This document shows positions 9,410-18,896 of a stretch of 64,000 nt of DNA, one piece after another (the stretch's first letter is position 1; every line of letters starts with the position of its first letter). The notes under the pieces are model-generated. The model saw only the letters and a list, made by a program, of their open reading frames with translations, ran no database searches and had not been told where the DNA came from. Source of the stretch: Nanobdellota archaeon (GTDB lineage Archaea > Nanobdellota > Nanobdellia > Pacearchaeales > GW2011-AR1); contig JAJZAH010000003.1 of NCBI GenBank assembly GCA_021799535.1, positions 58,067 through 122,066 on the forward strand. Reading direction: 5' to 3'. Position numbers and translations under genes: made by a program.

Positions 9410-10089
9410 GAAAATAAAACGCTCCTTGGCCCAAACACGATGAGCCAGGTTGTTATCGCAGTAAGTATTATGCTGAATAAAATCGTAAGCATGTGATCTT
9501 CAACCAATTCCCTTTCATTTTCCTTCATCTCTTTGTAAATCATATAATCTAAGGAAAAGATTATCCATGATGAAATCAAGAAAATGGCGACAGAAGCTAT
9601 TTTCAGATTATCGTTCAAAAGCATCACAGAAGTCATAGCTCCCATAAGCCCCCCCATGAACCCTGCCATCAGTCCTTCCATAATCCCCATGATTCCGCAG
9701 CAGTTTCCGTTCCAAACTCCTATGAATATTCCAAATGCCATTCCAAAAAACATCCCGTAAGAAAGCCCATTCGTCGCACCGATAAAATATCCAGGGAGGA
9801 ACCCTGCAATCATCCCTGACGTCATTCCAATCATCATTCCGGGCATGCATGAAAATTGCCTGTAAGCCCGAACCTGCCGCAGCGATGGCAAAATCATGCT
9901 GTAACTTAATATTGCAAAGAAGATAAAAAAACCGTATTTGGGCAGAAAACTATCAACATACCTTAATTTCAAAAAGTATAAAATAAAAAGAAGACCAAAT
10001 GAAAAAATAAGCGAGTAAAGAATAGTCTTTAGAAGTTCTCCCTCCACTCTTTCGCCATAAAGTTCTTTCTTAAATTCTTTCAATGTCAT
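9406..10089 (-). CDS. Met/Gly/Cys-rich multi-pass membrane protein, first gene of the copper operon
   Basis: CMPGMMIGMTSGM and CCGIMGIMEGLMAGFMGGLMGAM segments. ATGA-coupled to the cupredoxin gene. Confidence 0.75.
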   Translation of the reverse strand: MTLKEFKKELYGERVEGELLKTILYSLIFSFGLLFILYFLKLRYVDSFLPKYGFFIFFAILSYSMILPSLRQVRAYRQFSCMPGMMIGMTSGMIAGFLPGYFIGATNGLSYGMFFGMAFGIFIGVWNGNCCGIMGIMEGLMAGFMGGLMGAMTSVMLLNDNLKIASVAIFLISSWIIFSLDYMIYKEMKENERELVEDHMLTILFSIILTAITTWLIVFGPRSVLFS

Positions 10090-10127
10090 AGCAAGCTTAG
10101 AAAAACATTCTATTTAACCACTTCGGG

Positions 10128-10139
10128 GAAACTAGTTTC
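10128..10139. promoter_or_regulatory. perfect palindrome GAAACTAGTTTC upstream of the copper-operon TATA box
   Basis: Lies 9 nt upstream of minus-strand GTTAAATA. Related copy at 10678..10689. Confidence 0.55.
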
Positions 10140-10198
10140 ATATGCAAAAAAATTCAGATAACCTTAAGATATAAAAACTCATATTCCATTTTCTTATC

Positions 10199-10678
10199 AT
10201 GGAAAATAAAAAAGCCGGATGGCTGATAGTGGGAATTGCCGTAGCTATGGGGGTGATAGTTTGGATTTTTAATTCCCTTACGCAAAAAGTAATCAATGAA
10301 AACTGCATCATGGAAACAAACTGCATAATGCATGAGACCTCTTCCATACAGCTTTGGCTCGGACTTTCAATAATTGCAATAATTTTAGCCATAGGGTTTT
10401 ATATAATGTTCTCAAAACCCGACGAGAAAGTTGTGGTAAAAAAAGTGAAGGAAAAACAGAAGAAAAAGATGCTTGATCTTTCAGGTCTTGAGAGAGAGGA
10501 GAAAGAAGCAATAAAATTAATTGAATCTGAAGGAAAAGCTATGTTTCAGAAAGAATTAATGGAAAAACTAGGGGTTGGAAAAGTCAAAATGACCCGCCTT
10601 TTAGACAAACTCGAAGCAAAACAGTTCATAATAAGAAAAAGAAGAGGAATGAATAATATTGTGGTTTTGAAGGATTAG
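10199..10678 (+). CDS. membrane-anchored winged-helix transcriptional regulator (2 TM + wHTH)
   Basis: Two hydrophobic helices flank the loop NCIMETNCIMHE. C-terminal FQKELMEKLGVGKVKMTRLLDKLEAKQFIIRKRRGMNN wHTH. Confidence 0.8.
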   Translation: MENKKAGWLIVGIAVAMGVIVWIFNSLTQKVINENCIMETNCIMHETSSIQLWLGLSIIAIILAIGFYIMFSKPDEKVVVKKVKEKQKKKMLDLSGLEREEKEAIKLIESEGKAMFQKELMEKLGVGKVKMTRLLDKLEAKQFIIRKRRGMNNIVVLKD

Positions 10679-10689
10679 AAACCAATTTC
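10678..10689. promoter_or_regulatory. GAAACCAATTTC, second operator-like copy upstream of dsbA
   Basis: 10/12 match to the 10128 site. Lies 9 nt upstream of TTTATAAT at 10699. Confidence 0.45.
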
Positions 10690-10810
10690 ACCAAACAGTT
10701 TATAATCCGGCAAAGATAGATGAGTTTATGAAATATATTTTCAAATGTCCATTAACTTTAAATATGAAAAATATGTTAAAAATTAATAGAATTGAAAAGG
10801 AGGAAAAAAA

Positions 10811-11587
10811 ATGAGTGAGACAATTCAAATAAAAAAAGACACCTTCTATAAAGGTGCCATAGTTGTCCTTGCAGTTCTTCTAATCATTTCAATCTTCACA
10901 GGAGGTTTTGGTTTCGGGGGGACAGGAGCAGCGACTCGGAATAATAACGCTGCTGCCGCAGGAGCAGGAACCACTGCAGCCGCAACAACTTCTGCAGGAG
11001 ATGTCACAGCAATAACTGGGAACCCTACATTGTTCCCTCAGCTCGGACCATCAAACGCGAAAGCGACAGTGATCGAATTAGCTGATTTCCAGTGTCCATA
11101 CTGTGCCTTAGCCTCAGGTTTGCCAAACTGGACAAGCCAATACACTAGTCAGTACGGAAGCCTTATAGGATCGGCAGGAAATGCCGAGAAAGCCGCACAA
11201 AACGGTCAGATAAGATTCATCTTCGCGCCATTGAGTTTCCTTGGACAAGAATCGGTGAATGCCGCACAAGCAGCATTCTGCGCTGAGAATCAGGACAAAT
11301 TCTGGCAGATGCATGACGCTATTTATCAGGCAAGCACAGGACCAACTGAAGATGATGGAAAATACAGCATCTCTAATTTAGAGAAGATTGCTGTAGGAAT
11401 CTCCGGACTTGACACAGCTAAGTTCAACAGTTGCCTTGAAAGCAATGCAACACTCTCAGAAGTACAGCAGGTTATGAGCACTGTCCAGAATGCGGGATTC
11501 CAGATTTCGACACCTCAGTTCTGGGTGAACGGACAACAGGTCCAGCCTTCATGGTCTTCCATACAGGCTGCAATCAACGCCGCGTAA
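10811..11587 (+). CDS. DsbA-family thioredoxin-fold protein 1
   Basis: TM anchor, DFQCPYC, FWQMHD and cis-Pro STP. SD AAGGAGG upstream. Confidence 0.9.
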   Translation: MSETIQIKKDTFYKGAIVVLAVLLIISIFTGGFGFGGTGAATRNNNAAAAGAGTTAAATTSAGDVTAITGNPTLFPQLGPSNAKATVIELADFQCPYCALASGLPNWTSQYTSQYGSLIGSAGNAEKAAQNGQIRFIFAPLSFLGQESVNAAQAAFCAENQDKFWQMHDAIYQASTGPTEDDGKYSISNLEKIAVGISGLDTAKFNSCLESNATLSEVQQVMSTVQNAGFQISTPQFWVNGQQVQPSWSSIQAAINAA

Positions 11588-11706
11588 ATTTATTTTTTAT
11601 TTTTATTTTTATTTTAGTTTTGAAGGTAAAAAGATGGAGTTATGAATTTAATTTCATATCAAGAAGCCCCGTTAATTTTATATATAAAAAATTCCAACTT
11701 AGCCTA

Positions 11707-12408
11707 ATGAAAGGGACTATAAAAATAAAAAAAAGGGTCTTTTATGTATCACTAATTGCCTTTGTCATTCTCGCCGCCATTATTGTTCTGATAGTTGTTT
11801 CTTCATTGCCCAAAACCCAAAAAAGCAATTTTTCAGTTTTTGATGACGGCAACATATATCCTTCACTAGGTCCGGCAAATGCAAACCATACTGTAATAGA
11901 GTTCGCAGATTTCCAATGCCCTTGGTGTGCAGTTGCCTCAGGGCTACCTGCATGGGCTCAAAGTGCAGCGAACTCCAATTCCAATGTGGCAAGTATGCTT
12001 GGATCTGCCGGGAAACTGGAAAGTATGGCAGAAGATGGCCAGATAAAATTTATCTATGTTCCCATGGCTTTTTTGGGTGATGAGTCGGTCAACGCAGCAG
12101 AAGCCGCTCTATGCGCCAACAGGCAAGGTAAATTCTGGCAGATGCATGATGCACTGTTCACAGCAAATGATGGCAAAGAAAACGACGGTACTTTCACAAA
12201 AGACAATCTGGAGGCTCTTGCGCAAAGCGTACAGGGTTTAGATACTGCTAAATTCAACAGCTGTCTTGAAAGCTCAAGCACGATTTCTGACGTGATGGAA
12301 GCCACAAATGCAGCAGACCAATTCGTTCAAGGAACCCCCACGTTCTTTGTTGACGGAAAACAGATTTCAGGGACCTGGGCAAGTTTACAGGCAGCGTTGG
12401 GACAATAG
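11707..12408 (+). CDS. DsbA-family thioredoxin-fold protein 2 (tandem paralog)
   Basis: TM anchor, DFQCPWC, FWQMHD and GTPTF. Start chosen at MKGTIK. Confidence 0.9.
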   Translation: MKGTIKIKKRVFYVSLIAFVILAAIIVLIVVSSLPKTQKSNFSVFDDGNIYPSLGPANANHTVIEFADFQCPWCAVASGLPAWAQSAANSNSNVASMLGSAGKLESMAEDGQIKFIYVPMAFLGDESVNAAEAALCANRQGKFWQMHDALFTANDGKENDGTFTKDNLEALAQSVQGLDTAKFNSCLESSSTISDVMEATNAADQFVQGTPTFFVDGKQISGTWASLQAALGQ

Positions 12409-12414
12409 ACTAAA

Positions 12415-12927
12415 TTATTTCAACCGTTTATTTTCACAATGCATACTCCAAAGAGAACCATCTTCATCTGTAGTATAAGCATGAACATAAACACCTTCCC
12501 CTCCGCTAAGACCCCTTATCTTGTGCTTACAGGGATTAAGAGCGGTATGGGGAATCAAACCAAGATTTATTTGAGAGTTATTAATTTTAGACAAATTATT
12601 GATGTCCAAAATTCCAAAAAGGTCTTTAGAATGATAAAGTGTGAAAGTAGCGTCAAGTTCCCATCCCCCTAGACCCCCCAAATAGATGGAATCCGGATTT
12701 ATCGGGCGTTGATTAAACTTTTTTAGCTCACTTTCGATACTTCTGTACTTTTCAGAAATTGCCAATCCATCATATTCATGATTGTATAATTGATGGGATA
12801 TTTTATCTTTTAGTCTTCTCGAAGGGTAGTAAGAGAGTGTGTAAACCCTGAAAGTGCCAAACTCTCCAGACTTATCGGCACTCAATAAAAATTTTCTTAT
12901 CTCTTCATCTTCAAGAGGTTTTTCCAC
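12415..12927 (-). CDS. hypothetical protein
   Basis: 170-aa ORF with GTG start filling the gap. Confidence 0.6.
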   Translation of the reverse strand: MEKPLEDEEIRKFLLSADKSGEFGTFRVYTLSYYPSRRLKDKISHQLYNHEYDGLAISEKYRSIESELKKFNQRPINPDSIYLGGLGGWELDATFTLYHSKDLFGILDINNLSKINNSQINLGLIPHTALNPCKHKIRGLSGGEGVYVHAYTTDEDGSLWSMHCENKRLK

Positions 12928-12980
12928 TCCAAACTTTAAGGAATTTAATTTAAATAATTTTATATCTTAAGGGATATATT

Positions 12981-13790
12981 TCAGATATCAATTTCCCCGC
13001 AAATCTCTTTTATCTCATCAGTCAGTTTCAAAATAGTCTCTTTATCCAGCCTTGTTCTTCTCGAAAGATCATCAGGGGATCCTCTAAGAAGATCGCGTGC
13101 TATAACAATTTTTGCAGAATAAAGTCTATTTAATATTTCATCGGAGACCGAACTTAGGATAGTTATAGGATAGAGTTTCTTCTCCATTATAAGGTTCTGG
13201 AGGCTTTCATCCTGCGGATAGTTCCAGCTTGTTATTTTCAAATTTACCCCTCTTGCATACTCAACCGCATCATCGGAGCACTTCGTGTTTGTCACAAGCC
13301 AAGGGGCATCGAACCCATATTTTCCGAGGTCCAGGAATCTTGCATAGGTATACAACGCGGAGTGAAGATCTGTTATTGTTCCTGATTCATTATGGTACTT
13401 GCATTCAATCATCCACTTTTTCTTCCTGATCGCAACGATATCAACTTCGTGTATTATCCTTTTTCCTTTTAGTTTGTTGTCTGTAGTAGTTTGATAACCA
13501 TAATATTCAAGCACTCTAGCGAAAAATTGCTCGAATGGGAATCCCGTCGGACCAAGAGACATTATAGCTTTCTTTATTCCGTACCTTTGCGATACACCAG
13601 GCTCATTTTTCAAGAACTCAAGGAGAAATTCAAAAATCTCCTTTGTTGGGATATCTTCCCTATACATTTTTCTGACTTCATTGACTGCAGCGCCCGCGAG
13701 TTTTTTCGAGCCCCCGGCATTTCTTACAGCGCGATAGATCTTCTTATGATCGAATTTCTCAAAATCACCGGAAGACTTTATCACCTGCAT
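12981..13790 (-). CDS. ATP-cone domain fused to a Mrr-like PD-(D/E)xK restriction endonuclease domain
   Basis: N-terminal VIKSSGDFEKFDHKKI (ATP-cone); GFPFE, EVDIVA and IECKYH motifs. Confidence 0.8.
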   Translation of the reverse strand: MQVIKSSGDFEKFDHKKIYRAVRNAGGSKKLAGAAVNEVRKMYREDIPTKEIFEFLLEFLKNEPGVSQRYGIKKAIMSLGPTGFPFEQFFARVLEYYGYQTTTDNKLKGKRIIHEVDIVAIRKKKWMIECKYHNESGTITDLHSALYTYARFLDLGKYGFDAPWLVTNTKCSDDAVEYARGVNLKITSWNYPQDESLQNLIMEKKLYPITILSSVSDEILNRLYSAKIVIARDLLRGSPDDLSRRTRLDKETILKLTDEIKEICGEIDI

Positions 13791-13837
13791 TTTAAAACAA
13801 AATCAAAAGAAGTTATAAATTTAATGAATTGCCGGTT

Positions 13838-14473
13838 TTACAGCCTGACAATATACTTAAGCAGATCAAGAGATTCTATAACAATTGTAGGGTATAAATC
13901 TGCAAATTTGTGCTCCCCTCTATCAACAAATATATCTATGACCCCCGCATTTCTCGAAGCGTAAACATCCTCATCAGAGTTACCAACAAAAAATGCATCT
14001 TTTTTTCCAACACCAAGTTTTTCCAAACACTCATAAATACCCTGTGGAGAAGGCTTTGGTTGGAATCCATTATCGATATGCGCGACAATAATGCAGTCAA
14101 AAAGATCCTTTCCTATCATTTTGGACTCAAGTTCGGACATTTCTAAAGGGGCACTCGTGACTATTCCCGTTTTGTATCCCCGATTCCGAAGCCAAACAAT
14201 GGAATTTGTATCATCGTATGGCCTTGTGTATTTCTTCCTCAGAGAGACAGTGTCAAAGTTTCTATATATATCCCAAAATTCCGATGGATTGACACCAAAA
14301 ACATCTTTTATTATCTTGTCCCTGCCCCCCTCAAACCAGAATTTATCGATGTCTTCGTGTGAAGCTGATTTTCCGAACCCGGCAAGGGTATTTCCGACAA
14401 CAATCTCGCGATGACGATAATCTGTATGGACAAGCGTACCGTCAAGATCAAAGAGCATAGCTTTACCGCCCAT
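13838..14473 (-). CDS. HAD-family hydrolase
   Basis: FDLDGTL, VTS, KPSP and VGNSDED motifs. Confidence 0.9.
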   Translation of the reverse strand: MGGKAMLFDLDGTLVHTDYRHREIVVGNTLAGFGKSASHEDIDKFWFEGGRDKIIKDVFGVNPSEFWDIYRNFDTVSLRKKYTRPYDDTNSIVWLRNRGYKTGIVTSAPLEMSELESKMIGKDLFDCIIVAHIDNGFQPKPSPQGIYECLEKLGVGKKDAFFVGNSDEDVYASRNAGVIDIFVDRGEHKFADLYPTIVIESLDLLKYIVRL

Positions 14474-14579
14474 AGTAAAATATCCTAAAAGGGGGTTATA
14501 AATATTATTGTGTACAATCTTATACTTATGAGATTTACAAGTCCATAATCTTTATAAATGAAAATTTTTTCATACGACT

Positions 14580-15062
14580 ATGCCAGATAAAAGAAAGAAA
14601 ATACCAATTGTCTGGGAGGTTCTTGTTGCCGCCGTTGTTATTGTGATTGTTCTCATCTTAGTGTTCTCTGGTGGAAACAGCAGCAGTAAACCAAATCTGC
14701 CATCCGTACAACCTCCACAAACAGGAAATGGAACTCAGTCTTCAGCAGGAACGTTATTTTCAGATTCTCCTTACGCAAGTTATGCATACCTTATCTCTAC
14801 ATCACCGTTAAGCTCCCAGGCAAAAGAAGCTACAACCGGATTTGCCATAACCTCCGTGCAAAACTCAAACGGATCAGCCACATACAGGCTAGCCACGGCA
14901 AGGAGCAATTATGTGAACCAGACTTATACCCTTGAGCCTGGACAGAAACTCTACTTCATTGAAAGGTCTTTAGGTGATGACGACGCTTCATCAGACACTG
15001 ATTACATGTTAGGAGATGACACCGCGATTATCGTGGACACCAATGGATATATTGTGCAATGA
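14580..15062 (+). CDS. membrane-anchored extracellular hypothetical protein
   Basis: N-terminal TM helix and S/T/N/Q-rich body. TATA at 14551, 29 nt upstream. Confidence 0.7.
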   Translation: MPDKRKKIPIVWEVLVAAVVIVIVLILVFSGGNSSSKPNLPSVQPPQTGNGTQSSAGTLFSDSPYASYAYLISTSPLSSQAKEATTGFAITSVQNSNGSATYRLATARSNYVNQTYTLEPGQKLYFIERSLGDDDASSDTDYMLGDDTAIIVDTNGYIVQ

Positions 15063-15065
15063 TTT

Positions 15066-15434
15066 ATGAGCAGGATTAATTTAAGCAGATATTTAGTGCA
15101 TTATGCGGTTTCTGTGATTTTTGTCATTTTTGGTCTTTGGGAGATAATAGATTTCACATATTGGTCTTCTTTTATACCTGGATTTATCTCAGGTGTTATC
15201 AATGCTCAGACTGCTTTGCTGTTCCATGGAATAATACTGATGATCCTCGGGGTATGGATATTTTCGGGATATAAAATAAAAATTCCCGCATTTATAGGGG
15301 TGTTAATAATGTTTAGCATTGTCATCGACCTTCTTGCATCTTCAGGTTTTACTCCTGCTTTTGTGAGAGATTTTGTGATAATGCTTGTCACAGCGTCAAT
15401 AATTTTTGAAGATACTAAAAAAGATATATTGTGA
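15066..15434 (+). CDS. DoxX-like membrane protein
   Basis: Four TM helices and a VRD motif. Confidence 0.6.
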   Translation: MSRINLSRYLVHYAVSVIFVIFGLWEIIDFTYWSSFIPGFISGVINAQTALLFHGIILMILGVWIFSGYKIKIPAFIGVLIMFSIVIDLLASSGFTPAFVRDFVIMLVTASIIFEDTKKDIL

Positions 15435-16718
15435 TTATTCATATCTCAAGGCATCAACCGGTTTTAGTTTTGAAGCCCTATAAGCCGGAATCGCCCCGGC
15501 AATCATACCTATTATTACTGAGAATAACAGCGCCCCTATAAGGAGTGCCGGAGTGAGTGCCGTTGAACCAAAAACTCTCCCAAACCCCCTCCCTCCTGCT
15601 GCAGCGCCGGAAGCAAGAGATCCAATAACTCCTGAACCGATAGCTCCCAGGATTACCCCTCCAAGTCCTCCGACAAAACCTATCATGCCCGCGTTTATCA
15701 GGAAAATTACCATTATATCTTTATTCTTCGTACCTATCGCTTTCATTATTCCTATCTCCCTCGTTTTTTCAAGGACCGAAGTGAACATAGTGTTAGCAAT
15801 CCCTATAGCTCCAACAATCAGTGAGATAGCCGCGATTGCTCCAAGGAACAACGCAAGCATACCAGTTGTCTGCTCAATTGTCGACTGCAGCTGCGCCGGG
15901 TTCGAGACAGTGAAATCCTGCTGACTTGCCTGGATCTCACCTCTTTCAAGCATAAGCATTTTGGTAATCTCATTTACAGTCGCATTAGCCTCACTCACAT
16001 CAGATATTTTTACAGAGATAAACTGATAATCTTTCCCTCCGACGTCAAACATATTCCTTGCCTGATCTATTGGAATGTAAATCCCATTCCCATTGGAGAG
16101 TATTCCCACGACAGTAAAGGTTTTTCCGTCAATAGTTAGTTTAGAATTCAGAGGAATATCACTGAAAGTCAAGGTTGCAACATCCTGCCCTATTACAACG
16201 GCATTTGAATCTCCTACCGAAAGGAATCTTCCTGAAGAAATGGTGTCGGTAGTCACATATTTCCATGTTGAAGCATCAACGCCTGTTATGCCGAGAGTCG
16301 CAGATTTTGTGAGATAAGAAACTGTTTCTCTGTCAGAAATTTCACCCATCACATATTCAACATTCTGGATGCCTTTAATTGTATTTATGTCATTTATTGT
16401 AAGATTTTTCTGAGTTGCCGACGAAGAAGACTGCTCTAGAGAGTTACCCCGTCCCATCTGGACCACTTCTTTACCTCCGCTTCCGACAAAACCCGATGAA
16501 ATAAAAAAAGCCCTTGAGAAACCAGGACTCACAGTCAGAATATCAGCTCCGATATTACCTAATTGATTTTGGACTTGTTGTTGGGCTCCCAAACTTATTG
16601 AGACGATTGACACCACAGAGGCAATACCTATTACAATGCCAATTATAGTCAGCCAACTCCTAAGTTTTGAGTGTATGAGAATGTTCCATGCAAGGTGCGT
16701 CGATTTTTTGAGCTTCAT
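15435..16718 (-). CDS. MacB/FtsX-family ABC transporter permease
   Basis: RSWLTIIGIVIG, GIANTMFTSVLEKTREIGIMKAIG and PAYRASKLKPVDALRYE motifs. Confidence 0.93.
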   Translation of the reverse strand: MKLKKSTHLAWNILIHSKLRSWLTIIGIVIGIASVVSIVSISLGAQQQVQNQLGNIGADILTVSPGFSRAFFISSGFVGSGGKEVVQMGRGNSLEQSSSSATQKNLTINDINTIKGIQNVEYVMGEISDRETVSYLTKSATLGITGVDASTWKYVTTDTISSGRFLSVGDSNAVVIGQDVATLTFSDIPLNSKLTIDGKTFTVVGILSNGNGIYIPIDQARNMFDVGGKDYQFISVKISDVSEANATVNEITKMLMLERGEIQASQQDFTVSNPAQLQSTIEQTTGMLALFLGAIAAISLIVGAIGIANTMFTSVLEKTREIGIMKAIGTKNKDIMVIFLINAGMIGFVGGLGGVILGAIGSGVIGSLASGAAAGGRGFGRVFGSTALTPALLIGALLFSVIIGMIAGAIPAYRASKLKPVDALRYE

Positions 16719-17782
16719 TTTCCATTGGAAACACCCCTGGACTTCTCCTTTTTAATCCAATCCGGAATTTCTGAATTTTCTTTTTGAGATTTTTTCCCTT
16801 TATTTCCCGTGAAAAACCTCCTGAACCCTTCTGGGCTTTTCTTGTAAACAAAAAATACCAATCCTATTATAACAACAGCAATTATAAGAGCTAACCAGTT
16901 CACACCAGAAGAACTTGAGCTTCTTAATCCGTTCCTGAAAGTTGCATAGTTTCCTGATCCTGAAGCCGTGAGGCTTGTCAGATTCATTGATGAAACTGGA
17001 TTGAAAGTCACGTTCTCAAATACACTTCTTCTTACTCCGATGTTATCAGTATAATCTATTTCAACAGTCAGGTTATTATCTCTCTGGACTTCATAAGCTC
17101 CCTGATCTGCATAGCCCGACATCAAAGGGATGACATTGAAATTAACAAGAGAATAATCTCCTGCATTAAGATTCCCGACCATCTGAGCATTTGTCCCCGA
17201 AACTCTAAAATTCTTCTGATTGGGTATTGTCACAATCATGGAATTGGCAGTGTTTTCACCGATATTTGCAACTGCAAGAGAAATAGAAGTTCCTGATTCA
17301 TCCTGCATAACAGTTGCGAAATTTGTCTGCGCATCCATAACATAAATTCCAAGATTCTGCGTTGTATAAGCGCCAGAATCAGGATTTGTTATGACATCCA
17401 ATTCAAGATTGTTCATTCCATGAACAGCATTCGGACTTACCCTCACCTTGAAGTACATAACAATATCTCTAGACTGCATATTTGTGTAGACTTGATAAGC
17501 ACTTGTGTTGCTATCAACACTAAATGGAAAATTTTGTGCAATCACAAACTTTGCATAATTAACAGAACTTCCTAAAGAAGCTTCAACCCAAAGATTCATA
17601 TATTCTCCAGGATTTGCGGGATAAGGAGTATATTTTAGCGTCGTAATTTGGACGCCGTTGTAACTTGAGCTTACCGAATAGTTTGTGACATTCAGCGGTT
17701 GGGAAGATACCCCCGTTAAGGAAGAAACTGCTAAAAAGAGAATAGCTGCAAAAAGAAAAATGAAATTGCTCCTTTTTTTCAT
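16715..17782 (-). CDS. COG1361 S-layer-like secreted protein with C-terminal TM
   Basis: Signal peptide; YTPYPANPGE, ANIGENTA and VGNLNAGDY motifs. Typical partner of archaeal MacB ABC systems. Confidence 0.75.
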   Translation of the reverse strand: MKKRSNFIFLFAAILFLAVSSLTGVSSQPLNVTNYSVSSSYNGVQITTLKYTPYPANPGEYMNLWVEASLGSSVNYAKFVIAQNFPFSVDSNTSAYQVYTNMQSRDIVMYFKVRVSPNAVHGMNNLELDVITNPDSGAYTTQNLGIYVMDAQTNFATVMQDESGTSISLAVANIGENTANSMIVTIPNQKNFRVSGTNAQMVGNLNAGDYSLVNFNVIPLMSGYADQGAYEVQRDNNLTVEIDYTDNIGVRRSVFENVTFNPVSSMNLTSLTASGSGNYATFRNGLRSSSSSGVNWLALIIAVVIIGLVFFVYKKSPEGFRRFFTGNKGKKSQKENSEIPDWIKKEKSRGVSNGK

Positions 17783-17783
17783 T

Positions 17784-18473
17784 TTATTTTTTAACCCCCT
17801 TTTCAATTCTTCCATCTTTAATGTGGACGACTCTGCTAGCATATTTGACAAGGTCAAGATCATGCGTAATCAGTATGACTGTTTTACCTGATTTATTAAG
17901 TTTCCCAAGAAAATCCATGACAAATTTTCCTGTGTGAGAGTCTAAGTTTCCCGTGGGTTCATCAGCAAGTATTATCTCTGGATCATTCGCAAGAGCCCTT
18001 GCGATCGCGACTCTCTGCTGCTGACCTCCTGAAAGTTCTGTTGGTTTATGATGAAGCCTATCACCGAGTCCAAGCATAGTCAAAAGGTCAGCTGCCTTTT
18101 CCTTTGCCAATTTTTCCGAAACATCTAATATTTCCATTGGGAGCATCACATTCTGGAGAGCTGTTAATGTCGGGATTAAGTTAAACTGTTGGAAGATGAA
18201 ACCAATTGTTTTTGCTCGAAAAAAAGCCAAAGCAGATTCTCTTAAGTCTGATATATTTCTGTTTTTAAGATAAACTCCGCCCCAAGAAGGCTTGTCAAGA
18301 GCACCGACAATGTTCACCATCGTTGACTTTCCGGATCCGGATGGTCCTGTTATTGCGATGAAATCCCCTGTGTAAACTTTCAGGTTTATGTCCTTCAAAA
18401 CAACAAGAGGATCAGCACTTCCCATGTCATATTTTTTCCAAACGTTGCCAATCTTTATCACTTCCTCTTTCAT
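17784..18473 (-). CDS. ABC transporter ATP-binding protein (LolD/MacB type)
   Basis: GPSGSGKST, LSGGQQQR and ILADEPTGNLD motifs. Confidence 0.93.
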   Translation of the reverse strand: MKEEVIKIGNVWKKYDMGSADPLVVLKDINLKVYTGDFIAITGPSGSGKSTMVNIVGALDKPSWGGVYLKNRNISDLRESALAFFRAKTIGFIFQQFNLIPTLTALQNVMLPMEILDVSEKLAKEKAADLLTMLGLGDRLHHKPTELSGGQQQRVAIARALANDPEIILADEPTGNLDSHTGKFVMDFLGKLNKSGKTVILITHDLDLVKYASRVVHIKDGRIEKGVKK

Positions 18474-18474
18474 C

Positions 18475-18807
18475 TTACCCTCTTCTGAAATATCCTCCTG
18501 ATGAATCATTTATTAATGAAGAACAATATTGATTTTGAGGACTGACATTCCTGCAGTAATAAAAGCAATTGATCATATTCTGGGAGCAATATGAATTAAC
18601 TTCGCTCTGGTTTTGCGCGTCAGTGAACGCGGAAATCACTTCACTTTGCGCACTTGAATTTATCTGAAAACCCTGCCCTCTGTTAAAAGATTTGTAATTG
18701 GAATGTGACGGGAAAAGATAAGTCCCACCGAAGTAACCGGCGATAAGTCCGACTATCAAAAACACAACGGAGAAGAAGACTATTTTATTGGAATTTTTAA
18801 TTTCCAT
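18475..18807 (-). CDS. small membrane-anchored Cys-containing protein
   Basis: TM helix followed by YCSQNMINCFYYCRN...YC. First gene of the ABC operon. Confidence 0.65.
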   Translation of the reverse strand: MEIKNSNKIVFFSVVFLIVGLIAGYFGGTYLFPSHSNYKSFNRGQGFQINSSAQSEVISAFTDAQNQSEVNSYCSQNMINCFYYCRNVSPQNQYCSSLINDSSGGYFRRG

Positions 18808-18843
18808 AAGGATTTTGTGGAAAAATATCCTTTTAAATAAGTT

Positions 18844-18858
18844 GGACTTTCTGTCCAT
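18844..18858. promoter_or_regulatory. palindrome TGGAC-N5-GTCCA between divergent promoters
   Basis: Lies between the TATA boxes of the ABC operon and of the membrane protein-wHTH operon. Confidence 0.45.
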
Positions 18859-18896
18859 TCCGATTAGTATTTAAATTTGTTTTCTCAAATTAATCT

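Noticed and set aside
11588-11620. TTTTTA-like short tandem repeats
   Set aside because: Consistent with an ordinary archaeal T-rich terminator region, not a repeat array.
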